The translations under genes and the position numbers were made by a program. This document shows, piece by piece, positions 1-21,169 of a stretch of 64,000 nt of DNA. The notes under the pieces are model-generated. The model was not told the origin of the DNA. It saw nothing but the letters and a program-made list of their open reading frames with translations, and made no database searches. Numbering within the stretch: position 1 is the first letter of the stretch; each line of letters opens with the position of its first letter. Source of the stretch: Owenia fusiformis. Its lineage: Eukaryota. The stretch is from the NCBI GenBank assembly GCA_903813345.2, contig CAIIXF020000001.1:19964001-20028000 (forward strand). Direction: 5' to 3'.

Positions 1-761
1 TTGTCAAGATCGCTGTTACATGAGACTAAGAAATTGAGAAAAATGAAGAATGCCATAATATTTAAAAGTCTCCTTCACTAGAGTGCTCAAAGAAATACAA
101 AATTAATGCAGCTCTTTGAATGAAAAATATTCTTACTAAATATATGTCAACAAAAACAATCATTTGTACAAATACTTTGACAAATGATTAAGATTGATAT
201 TTTCACTTTCCCTGACAATGCTACTAGTTTAATTAAGTTTATTGGTTCTTTCCCCCCATAGCACTCATAGTAAGTAATTTCCCACAAATTTACAACACTC
301 AGGGACAAAACTTTGATCATAGGCATTGGGAAGCAAAGGTTTCTCCCTTCCCTTGCAAGACAAATCTGAACCCCTTGTTTTCTCAAAATACAATAACTGC
401 ACAATGTATTGGGTTTCTGTTTAACTTAACCCTACAATATTTTAATTCTGCTTCATATACAGGATGAATTTTTTTTTTAAAACATTACCCCCATATCTAA
501 AGGTCCTTCCTCTTACAGTAGTGAATCTCACTATTAATGGTAGAATAAGTGACAGCTACTTTACTTAACTACCATAATGGCTTCCAAGTCAATATCATTA
601 AGCATGTTATAATTTGCTTTATTTATAATACTGCAATAACAGATTAATAACATTTTTTCAAAAAATCTCAATCAAATATTGCAATGACTATTGTTCCCAT
701 AACTGTTAAAGGTGCAATTAAAACTGTCTTATATGATGACTGAATTATTTGAATCTTATAA

Positions 762-10341
<9,580 letters not shown>

Positions 10342-11228
10342 AAATTATTTCCACCTTACTCACATTCAATAATTTTACATATCTCATATTCATCATCGAC
10401 ACATCTGATTAAGAAAAGTAAGCTATTTACAATATATATAAGAGTTATGTACTGGGGGATTGGATAAACCCTGTATCCTAAACAGACAGTACATAACAAT
10501 GTATCCCATACCTACTGTGGTACGAGGTTCATTCTACTTTCTAAGGTTCCAAGATAAAAATAATGTTTTCTTTTAAAAATTAATTTTTAAACTTTATGCT
10601 TGAAATTTTTCAAAAAATTATTTTTAAAATAGTAAAAAATTATATTCAAAGTTTTATATTACACATTCATATACGAGAGCAGTTTGTAGCTTTGTAGCAA
10701 TTGCCAAGATGATTTGAAGGGTTTGAAATTCCTACAGTACCTCAGGGTCCTTACTTGTCCCAGCCTACTTTCTTAAGGCTTCTATGACGGCAGACCATAC
10801 CTGCAGAACTAGGTATACTGTGTAGGCCTACTATTCTTTATAATGATTGTGTCTGTTGCCAGAAATGCTAGCGAAATCTCATGAATGGCTACAATCTGTG
10901 CAATCCACTGTTTTTCAGATACACATTACTGTGTAGGCCTACTATTCTTAATAAATTGTGTCTGAAATTCTAGTGAAATAGCTACAATCTGGACAAAGCA
11001 CTGTATTTCAGATATACATTACTGTTTATCTTCCAGTACAGGTATATTGGTAATACAATGGATGATCAATATGTTCCAACCTTTGGAGCACCTTTGGTAC
11101 CTCTAAGAGGTGTTCTACTTGGGGGGGGGGGCTGTTCTAATTACAGAGGTTCATTAAACATTGAGTCAATTTGTATTGGAATTCTGAAAAGTGTTCCACT
11201 AATTGAGGTGTTCCACTGTCACTGTATT

Positions 11229-12700
11229 CAGCAGGAGATCCAAGCCGCAAATGTGCTTCGGTTAGCCGATTTCTACTTCCGCCGGGACGTCATAAAGTCC
11301 GATATTTCGATTTCGTCGGTAGAGCCCCAAATCACCCAGCCATTTTTGATTGTTCCTAACTTTGTGAATTTTTGATGAAATTGAATTCTGTTTTCAGTTT
11401 TGAGTTATATAAGTCTAGAACTTAGTTCATTAGAGTGTATATGACTCAAAGCTCGTGAAAATGCAGCTGAAATGCTTTCGAAACAATTCGAATTTTTTTC
11501 AAGCGATTTTTTAAGAAATTAAAACTTTTTCGAAAAAACTGGCAGAAAACCATCTCCCCCTGCTCTGAGATTCAAAGTGGTATTTAAATGATACAAGACG
11601 ATATGGGAAACATTTTTATCGACTTACATTTTGTGAAGAATACGTGCAACTCGCTGAAAATTACTTTCAAACCTAGATCATTATTTTCGATTTTCTTGTT
11701 TCACTATTGAAGAGCGATCGTCAGTTTCCGGTTCCGCCGTGCGTTTCAAACTTTTTGCTTTTGAACATATAGACCTTTTTAGGTTGAATATAATGGTACT
11801 CATGCAGATTTACTATGTTGTATATGTATGCTGTATATCTGACTACCCATGGACCTCATAATGAGTAAGTACAAACGCTTAATTGAGCCTAGGATCGACG
11901 AAACATGTCAGTTAATTGACCTAGATTTTTCAAAATGGATGCCATATTTTCGATTCAAAATCGGTAAAAACTATGTTTTGATATCTACAATAACATATTT
12001 TCAGGGTAATAAATTGAGCGATTACAATACACCTGGAATTCTAACGACATATTGTGGACATCAGAAGGTGCAAATCGTTTAGAATTGCAGCATTAACACA
12101 TTGAACAGGTTGGTTATTTCCTTATTTCATGGGTTCCAAGCTTCAAAATGTTGATACATTCTCTCTGACTGCAATTTTGAACCAGGGTAAACGGTTTTAG
12201 AATCTGTCTTTATATTCTCAAGTCAATTTATAATTTTTGACTCAAATTGCTGTAGATATTGACTCTATCTTTACTTGAGATACTGTTCTAGCTTCTAATC
12301 ATTTTCTATTATCATAACGAGACCCTGTATCTGTTGCAAGACTAACGCCTGGCGTAACCGTCACCATGTTATTCAGTGTTTTTAAGTAGCGCAAGGATCC
12401 TGCCATGACCGCGGTAATGTTATCATGAAAGCTTGGTATAACCGCGACAATGCTGTATTATATTGCAATGCCTGCCATGACCGTGACAATGTAATATAGT
12501 TCTGCAAGGCCTGGCATGACCGTGACAATGTTATATAGTTCTGCAAGGCCTGGCATGACCGTGGCAATGTAATATAGTATTGCAAGTTCAGGTATGAGAG
12601 TGATAATGTATAAATTTACGATAAGGACTGCTATAACCGTGACAATGTGTATTGCAAAGCCTGGCATGATCGCCACCAGGGGGCTGATTCGGGGAAATAA
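11229..12700. mobile_element. Left arm of a non-autonomous DNA transposon (CAGCAGGAGATCCAAG terminus); right boundary approximate
   Basis: Abrupt switch to CpG-rich sequence at 11229. The terminal 16-mer is the exact reverse complement of 26228-26243. The internal motif AAAAACTGGCAGAAAACCATCTCCCCC is shared with the 24.9-26.2 kb repeats. Confidence 0.55.
12395..12670. repeat. 39-bp tandem repeat
   Basis: CTGCAAGGCCTGGCATGACCGTGACAATGTTATATAGTT units; these generate the periodic ORFs 12382-12585 and 12458-12703. Confidence 0.85.
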
Positions 12701-13068
12701 CATGGCAGGGTATTACAAAATTCCCTTAAACCTGAATATTGATAAGTTTTAGTGGTTCACTTTTCATATTATCCTCATGTATGTGATAGTTATACAAATT
12801 AAAATATGTCCAGTAAAAGAAAATATTATCTGCCCAACACAAGAAAATATATTTCACTTTTTGTGGTTTTACAACATGGGGTCTATGGGGAATCTCCCGA
12901 CCTATAAGTCACATTTTCAAAGAAAATTGAATTTTCAAAGTTGATAAACTCTTTTCAAAACCACATTTCTAGATATAATTTTACATGTCGATTCCAAATA
13001 TGACATCCGTTTGAATGAATTGTGAATTTCTAATGATGTAAATCAAGATTATTTCTACTCGCATCTAG
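12673..13068 (+). repeat. Dispersed repeat with an inverted second copy at ~56531-56865
   Basis: AAATTAAAATATGTCCAGTAAAAGAAAATATTATCTG and AATCAAGATTATTTCTACTCGCATCTA recur as reverse complements at ~56.5-56.8 kb. Confidence 0.7.
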
Positions 13069-13451
13069 GATATTTAATATGACTCAAATAATGATCAAAT
13101 TAATCACTTTTGGATACATGTACTGTATGAAGTAAAATGAAAATATCTTCAGCTTTGACTCCCATTTTGAATAAGCCATCAATATTGTTAATATCCTATG
13201 TGTTCATTTTCTAAATGTATTATAGTTGTTTCATTTTTGTAGGATCATGTGCTTCTAATGTGGAGTGAGGATGCCTCAAATATGAGCAGCTGGCTTTGAA
13301 CTCTTATGCAACTGGCTCTTACAGACATCTCTCTGAAATGTTTACAAAACCACACGACAGGAAGTTCTTATCAGTGTAAGTCAGCTTCTCATATGGTTCA
13401 TAATATGTTCTACCTGCTGTCAAGGTTGGAATTGTCATTTTGGAGATTTAA

Positions 13452-15174
13452 CCCTGGAAGGCCTAAGGGAGGTACATGTACAAAAAGCTCCTGGAGTTTC
13501 GTTTTTTCTTCGAAACATTTTGTCGGTTTTGGGTAGTGTCTTCAAATAGCTGGGGCTACAGGTACATCAAATGTATTCTTAAAAAATTAGTACCGTGGGT
13601 ACTGGGCTCACATGGTGACAGAATAATTTTTTGCTGATTTTTTGTTACAAAATTATTTCAAGCCATCTGTCTCTCAGTCAATTAAAATGGCTGAAAAAAC
13701 GGATATAATTTTTTGCCAATAATTTGAAACAAAATTATTTCATACAACTACTCTTTACAGTGACATGGCTTTTTGCAATGCAAGACACCTGAAATTATTT
13801 GTAAAGCTAGGAAATGGGCCAAAATTGAATTTCGCGAGACAAAAATGGCGACCATTTTGAAATCAGGCAAGCTTTTGAACCAGGAGTCATAGGGGAGTTT
13901 TCTGAATTCATATTGAACAGAAATAACTTAAAACAGGAATCCTATCGACAGAGGTTTTAAAACGTGCCACAGAAAGTGGATTTCGCGAGTCAGATAGACA
14001 AATCAATGTTAACTAAAATGGCTGAAAATAAAAAAATGGATACAATTTTTCGCTGATTTTTTGTATCAAAATTATTTCATATATCTACCCTTTACATTGA
14101 CATGGATTTTTACAATGTAGGACACCTGAAATTATTTGTAAAGCTAGGAAATGGGTCAAAAGTGAATTTCGCGAGACAAAAGTGACGACCATTTTGAAAA
14201 TAGCCAAGCTTTTGAACCAAGAGTCATAGGAGAGTTTTTTGTATTGATGTTGAACAAAAATAACTTAAAATGGGAATCCTATCGACAGAGGGTTTAAGGC
14301 AAATGGTCCAAAAGTGAATTTTGCGAGACAGATGGACAAATCAATGTTAACTAAAATGGCTGAAAATAAATAAATGGATATAATTTTTCGCTGATTTTTC
14401 GTAGCAAAATTATTTCATAGCATCTACTCTTTACTTTGCAATGGATTTCTACAATGTAGGACACTTGAAATTATTTGTAAAGCTAGGAAATGGGTCAAAA
14501 GTGAATTTTGCGAGACAAAAATGGCGGCCATTTTGAAAATAGCCAAGCTTTTGAACCAGGAGTCATAGGGGAGTTTTCTGAATTCATGTTGAACAGAAAT
14601 AACTTAAAACAGGAATTCTATCGACAGAGGTTTTAAAACGTGCCACTGTTATTGACAGAAAGTGGATTTCGCGAGTCAGACAGACAAATCAATGTTAACT
14701 AAAATGGCTGAAAAAAATGGATACAATTTTTCGCTGATTTTTTGTAACAAAATTATTTCATATATCTATTCTTTACATTGACATGGGTTTTTACAAAGTA
14801 GGACACCTGAAATTATTTGTAAAGCTAGGAAATGGGCCAAAAGTGAATTTTGCGAGACAAAAGTGATGGCCATTTTGAAAATAGGCGAGCTTTTGAACCA
14901 GGAGTCATAGGGGGGTTTTCTGTATTGATGTTGAACAGAAATAACTTAAAACAGGAATCCTATCGACAGAGGTTTTAAAACGTGCCACTATTGTTGACGG
15001 ACGGACGGACGGACGGACAGACAGACGGACAAGTGAGTGATTGCAAAAGCTCACCATGTGAGCTAAAAATCAGTGGAATTGTACATAGGGTAATTAATTT
15101 AATATGCTTATGCCCTTTGTACCCCCTCCCCCTCTTGGGACTTTGTGTGAAATACATACCTAAGGCTTCAAGGG
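13452..15174. mobile_element. Non-autonomous piggyBac-like element carrying ~340-bp tandem repeats and a HINE-like microsatellite end
   Basis: TTAA|CCCTGGAAGGCCTAAGG ... CCTAAGGCTTCAAGGG|TTAA (TTAA at 13448-13451 and 15175-15178; CCC...GGG termini). About four ~340-bp internal units (13680-14995), then a (GACG/GACA)n tract and AGCTCAC..GTGAGCT hairpin. Confidence 0.75.
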
Positions 15175-16705
15175 TTAATATAGATGTACTTTGCCAATGA
15201 TTTGATACGCAATATATTTTTATAATGAAGTAATATTTCTGTAGATCTGACCTATGGTTAATAATTAAAAATGGATTGGAAACAATGTTTTCAATGTCAA
15301 AGAAATTGTAGATTTCCTTTTGTTGGATTAAGTGTGAAACTTGTGTAATTTATGATTGACATTGATCAAATATTGTATTTGTTTTTATTATCATTTATTG
15401 CAGCAAAGTTAAGATATAACAAACCAATGGGAAAGAATCTATCATGGATTGTATGTTGCTTCATGCAGCACATCTGATTGGTCCTATATGTTAGACAAAC
15501 TTGACTGGAGGGTATGCAGATCCTATGATAAAAATGATAAAAGTAAGCTGATACCTGTATGTCTCATTATTTATTCACATGTAGGCAGGCATGACATCCA
15601 AATATCCAGTCAATCAGAACACACCATTCAAACTTATATGCATTTTACATTTTACAACTGATTAAATATTAACAATTTACTTGATTACCTTCCTCAATTT
15701 TGTAAGCAGTTGAGTGAATAGTACCAATTTGAATAAGTATAAATCAATAACAAGGTAGGTACTTATGCTGGTCAAAATGTTAAAAGATTGAATCCTTTTG
15801 AACAGGGAAACCACTCTCATGCAAAGTATTGAGCTTTATTTTACATCAAATGTATACATGTATATTTGCAGGATTATAAAGCAGGAAAGATTCCAAATAC
15901 TCGAATCTTACCACTTTGGCTGTCAGGAGGTCATCTTCCAACTAACAAACATTGAACAATGGGAATACAGGAGGATAGCTTTCCCAAGATCATCTGGGCT
16001 TATTCCAATAACATTCAAATAAATCCAGTTCCCAAATACAATTTCCATATGCATCAGATATATTGGATGTTCATGTTATCCCACATGGAATATCCAAGCA
16101 TATGTGACTACAGTAAAACCTGTCTAATCCGAACACCCATGGGACTATTGTTGGTCGGGGGGGATTATCATTGTTCAGTCCACTTAATACTTAGTCAGAA
16201 AACAATACATGTTGTTGCTGAGTTTATTCTACAATAAGCCTATAGCCTACATGTATATGCTATGTTTTATTTACATATTGAACAATTTCATTATTTTGGG
16301 AAAAATAACTCTTTAATTTTGGCAAAAACTTTGTAATACACTGAATAAGTATATGAAAGTCTTGTACAAAATCTTATGCTTATTAAATGACCTATCTCAT
16401 ATTATGGTTACATAGCACTGCTTTACTTTAGCTTGAAAAAGTCGTTCATTGTTGTTTGTTTCTTGGCACTTTTAGCATTAGCAATATTTGAGTAGATACC
16501 CTCTTTAATTAAAAAGAATTTTTCATGAGTGCTCATTCGAGATGATGCATAATCTTTCAAAATATCAAGGGCATTCAGTATGTCAGAGGCATTTTAGTGA
16601 TTTTTTTTTTTTTTTTATTTTTTGATTTTTTTTATTTCTCTATTCAAACAGTACAAGTACAATAATTAGAACAGTTCAGATATTTTTCACACCACCTCCA
16701 TTCAT

Positions 16706-19700
16706 TCAGACATTTGCAACAGTCATACTTTTAAGTTCAGGTACATAATAAAACATATTTTTTTCAAATTGCGCCTCATACAAATTGGGATTCACTTCGT
16801 CGAACTCTTTAATAAAAATATAGTACTTAATTGCAAGGGTAAGTCTATTTGGTAAGATATTTTTCTTATTAGCTTGCCTTCCAAAAACCATGTCATGGGC
16901 GTTAAAATCGAAATCAACTTTAAATAAACGCTTTAAATTCCCTTTGATTGCTTCCAGAAATATTTGAATTCTTTTGCACTCCCAGAATTTGTGTTTTAAC
17001 GTATCTCGAAAGGCACAATAGTTACATTTAGAGTCATTTTTAATGCATATCTGCGCTAAAAAGGCATTTGTAGTGCAGATACCATGAAGTATTTTAAACT
17101 GAAGTTGTCGCGTTTTATTCTGTTTCGTACACATATAAGGCATTTTAAAATAATCGGTTCTCTTTAATTCACGATCATGTTTGTCTTTATATAACGGTTC
17201 CAAGAACTTGTTTCCATTTAATATTGTTTGAATTGATTTAACCGTTATACTAGAGATTGTCACCTGTTTTTCACCAAGTTTCAAATACACGAGTTCTTCC
17301 TGTATGCTGGGTTCAAAGGTCGAACTTAAATCTGATTTCAATAAAAATTTCCAATCATTTGGTATAGCCGATATGATTGAAAAATACTCAAGAAAGTTGA
17401 TATTAATATTATACTTAGTCTTAAACTCATTGTACTGTAAAAAAGCCCCATTCTCGTTAAGAAGGTCATTAATATAAATGACCCCCTTTTCCATGACATG
17501 TTTGTACATCACCTCCTTATCATTAATTAGAATTGATTTGTTATTCCAAATTATTTCACCTTTAACCCCTGAGCTGGTTCTAGGCGGCGACCTATTTCTT
17601 AATTCTGAATAGTTTCGAAGCAAATTCATATAAAAGGTAGGAACACTGTGTGCCAATGTTTTAATATCATAATTACACTGCAACAAAAAACTCAGTCCTC
17701 CAAGACGCTTGAAATAAACTTGAGGAATAAGCTTCCAGTGACTGGTTCGTGTGTCGAGTAAACGTCTTAACCACATTAATTTCAAGGCTTTCTCCATTGT
17801 GAACATATTAATCATTCTTAGACCCCCATCCTCAAAATCCCCTATTAAAGTATTTCGCTTAATTTTCTCACCCTTTCCTCCCCATAAAAAAGAATAGACT
17901 AGTCGTTGAGCCTTCGTCAAGATATCATCAGGCGTATTGGTCATTGTCATCGAGTATATTAGCTTCGACACTGCCTGGGACTTAATTATGAGTACTTTTC
18001 CATAAAAAGTAAGATCTCGCTTTGACCACAATATAAGAACCTTTTCAAGCATATTTAACTTTCTCTCAAAATTATCTGTGTTATTTGCATTTGTGTCATA
18101 TGATATTTTTATCCCTAAAAGTCTACTTGGTATCTTTACCCATTTCAGACCAAAAAGGTTTATTTCATTATTATGACGATCACTTCCAATATACATACAC
18201 TCTGTTTTTTCTCTATTAATACATAAACCTGATATTAGTCTGAAATCTTCAAAGATGTCCAATGCTTTTTGTAATGACGTTACGTCCTTAAGAGTCAACG
18301 TGGTATCATCTGCAAAAATCGCTAGTTTTTGACTTGCCTCGCCAATGTCAATTCCCTGTATACCATTGTCTTGTCTAATTTTTAAGGCTAGCATCTCTAT
18401 AACAAGTAAAAAATTCAAGCAACTGATCGGGTCCCCCTGCCTGCATGAGCGTTTAACACTAAACCAGCCAGTCGACACGTTGTTGTTAAGGACGCAACTT
18501 TTAATATCATTATTAAACATCTTAACCCATCGGATCAGGTCATCTCCGAAATTAAACACCCTTAGTACATGCTCAATATAATCAAACTCGACACTGTCGT
18601 AGGCTTTGAGAAAATCCACCATACAAACGATTCCATGTATACCCCTCTTCTTGGTGTAGTCCAAAAGATCCTCGACATAGCGAATATTTTCTCCGATAAA
18701 CCTCCCTTCAATAAAAGCAGTTTGATCCGATCCAATAATTTTACCTAGAACAGCATTTATTCTCTGTGCTATTGATTTGGATGCAATTTTATAATCAATA
18801 TTTAGCAAAGTAATTGGTCGCCAATTTTTTAAATATTCTGAATCTTTTTCTCCCTTCGGTATAAGGGATATAACACCTTGCCTTTGGCTCATTGAAAGAA
18901 TACCCTTTTCAAAAGCAAAATTGAATGAGTTAACTACGGATTCTTTAATGTCACCCCAAAAATGCTTGTACCATTCGGAGCTAAGACCGTCACTTCCGGG
19001 TGTTTTTCCATTTTTAAATCTCTTTAAGGCTCTAAAACATTCATCAGTTGTTAAGGTTCCCTCACCCGATAATTGTTCATTATTATCTAATTTATCTATT
19101 TGTATTCCTTCATCAAAACGTCTAAATTTCTCACAATCTTTTAATGATTTCGATGAATATAGTTCTTCATAAAATGCTTTTATTTGATTAAGAATTTCAG
19201 TCTCATCCGTAACAATGGCTCCATCAACAATAAGTCTTGTAATGTGTTTTTTATTATGGTTAGATTTTTCCAAATTGAAAAAATACTGAGTACTTTTCTC
19301 CCCCTTTTCAACCCATTCAGCCCTTGAGCGTTGGATTGCCCCTTCAGCTTTATACTGATAAATGTCATTTAGCTTAGATTTTGCTTCATCGTATTTCCTA
19401 CAGTTGTCTGCATTAAGATTATTTCCGTTGACCAGCTCACTGTCTAGATTCTCTAATAATTTAATTAGCTCTATCTCTTGCGCCCTAAGTGCCCTGGCCT
19501 TTTGCTTAGAAAACTCAATAGTTCGAACTTTAACTTTGTATTTTAGAAATTCCCACATTTGGATATTATCAAGGTCATTATATTCTGTTTTAACATCTTT
19601 CACCAATTTCCTGATAATATTTTGATATTCTGCATTCTCAATCAGTTTATTATTAATTTTCCAAAAGCCAGGGCCTCGTTTATTATTTCCATTTGACATA

Positions 19701-20464
19701 GTGTCTAGTAATACACATTTGTGATCAGACTTAACCGATGGAGCTATCTTACAGAGGCTACTGTTACCCATGTTTCTTTTAATGAACCACATATCTAACC
19801 TACTTTTGGAAAGAGAATTTCGCATGTCATCTTTTGCATAAGATTCATAGGTATATTGAATTTTTGTGGGGTTCTGATGCCTCCATATATCAACGAGGTC
19901 ATAAAATTTAACTAAATCCACCAGCGCCCCACGAGATGCATCATTATTTTGAATATGTTCAACATTTTTTGAATATCTGTCTAATCTATTATCCATAGTA
20001 ACATTAAAATCTCCCCCTAGAATCAGATTTTCGTGTGAAAATTCTGTTGTTATAATTGCTGATACATGGTCGAAAAACTCTTTCCTAACATTTTCATCAT
20101 TTGGAGCATATATATTGCATAACGTGTAGTTTTTACCCTCACTTTGTATTTGAATGATGATGTATCTTCCTTCAGTGTCACTCAACTGTTTTATGATGGA
20201 TATACGGTTATTTCCCAATAAAATAGCTACTCCCCGTTCATTTCGAAGTCTGCCATGAGAAAATATACACTTCCCTAACCCCCATTCATTTTCCCATCTC
20301 TTACTATCATCTACACTTGAATGCGTTTCTTGAAGGAATACAACATCATTCTTAAAACGTTTTACGTATAAAAATATAGATATTCTCTTCGAGTGACTCC
20401 TAATGCCTCTTACATTAAGAGTGCATAATCTTAAATTTGTGTGTGGACCTTTAGTAGCAGCACA
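16706..20464 (-). CDS. LINE ORF2: APE endonuclease + reverse transcriptase + C-terminal CCHC zinc knuckle (1252 sense codons, stop to stop)
   Basis: The frame is open 82 codons upstream of the TTG at 20218 used by the ORF track. EN motifs: TLNVRGI, FLQETH, NIYAPN, GGDFN, SRLD, SDH. RT motifs: KTPGSDG, NWRPITLLNIDYKI, DFLKAYDSV, RQGDPIS, FADD. C-terminal CNYC...HKFWEC. Confidence 0.95.
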   Translation of the reverse strand, partial: CAATKGPHTNLRLCTLNVRGIRSHSKRISIFLYVKRFKNDVVFLQETHSSVDDSKRWENEWGLGKCIFSHGRLRNERGVAILLGNNRISIIKQLSDTEGRYIIIQIQSEGKNYTLCNIYAPNDENVRKEFFDHVSAIITTEFSHENLILGGDFNVTMDNRLDRYSKNVEHIQNNDASRGALVDLVKFYDLVDIWRHQNPTKIQYTYESYAKDDMRNSLSKSRLDMWFIKRNMGNSSLCKIAPSVKSDHKCVLLDTMSNGNNKRGPGFWKINNKLIENAEYQNIIRKLVKDVKTEYNDLDNIQMWEFLKYKVKVRTIEFSKQKARALRAQEIELIKLLENLDSELVNGNNLNADNCRKYDEAKSKLNDIYQYKAEGAIQRSRAEWVEKGEKSTQYFFNLEKSNHNKKHITRLIVDGAIVTDETEILNQIKAFYEELYSSKSLKDCEKFRRFDEGIQIDKLDNNEQLSGEGTLTTDECFRALKRFKNGKTPGSDGLSSEWYKHFWGDIKESVVNSFNFAFEKGILSMSQRQGVISLIPKGEKDSEYLKNWRPITLLNIDYKIASKSIAQRINAVLGKIIGSDQTAFIEGRFIGENIRYVEDLLDYTKKRGIHGIVCMVDFLKAYDSVEFDYIEHVLRVFNFGDDLIRWVKMFNNDIKSCVLNNNVSTGWFSVKRSCRQGDPISCLNFLLVIEMLALKIRQDNGIQGIDIGEASQKLAIFADDTTLTLKDVTSLQKALDIFEDFRLISGLCINREKTECMYIGSDRHNNEINLFGLKWVKIPSRLLGIKISYDTNANNTDNFERKLNMLEKVLILWSKRDLTFYGKVLIIKSQAVSKLIYSMTMTNTPDDILTKAQRLVYSFLWGGKGEKIKRNTLIGDFEDGGLRMINMFTMEKALKLMWLRRLLDTRTSHWKLIPQVYFKRLGGLSFLLQCNYDIKTLAHSVPTFYMNLLRNYSELRNRSPPRTSSGVKGEIIWNNKSILINDKEVMYKHVMEKGVIYINDLLNENGAFLQYNEFKTKYNININFLEYFSIISAIPNDWKFLLKSDLSSTFEPSIQEELVYLKLGEKQVTISSITVKSIQTILNGNKFLEPLYKDKHDRELKRTDYFKMPYMCTKQNKTRQLQFKILHGICTTNAFLAQICIKNDSKCNYCAFRDTLKHKFWECKRIQIFLEAIKGNLKRLFKVDFDFNAHDMVFGRQANKKNILPNRLTLAIKYYIFIKEFDEVNPNLYEAQFEKNMFYYVPELKSMTVANV

Positions 20465-21169
20465 CTATAAGCTTTGAGTAAAATAAAATACAATTATCCA
20501 ATAGTCCTTGCACATATAATTCGAGGCATATAAAATATTCAATTTCTAACAAATAATTTGTCCAAACCAACATCACATTCATCCACCTTTCATTCCATTC
20601 ATACTTTACATTCATAACTTCATTTCCCATATATAAAACACTTGATAATAAATAAAAGAAGCAAAAGTTTACACTTTTCAGGCGCTTGCTAAAGTAACAT
20701 AATTTACAGTACGAATAATCCAGCTTGGCCAAAAGCCAAGCTTCAAGCGCTAACCAAACATATATACAACTTGATTTTTGCATTTCCAAAGCACTCCATT
20801 CGCTTACTTTTGACCGCTTAAAAAATCTACACGCATTATACATACCATTTAGTGGTTTATAGAGCACATTATACGAGCATTACAGCGGTCGATTTCAGCA
20901 TAACTGATCTACTGTGTATAGATTTTGCCATCGCGCGGACGTCAGTGCGCTATCAAAACAATAACAACATTTTGTTTGTGAAATCTGTAGTGCTCGTATT
21001 TTGTTCCTATAATGATCAAAGAATACATAAATGATACACATGATTACAGAATTTTTGTAAAAAACTCGGCATATCGCACTTTGCTCGTGGGATAGATGCA
21101 CCAACTAATGCTCGCACTATCCTGGTTCAATCTATCACTGTATATTGTATATATTGCTATGTGCTTGTG

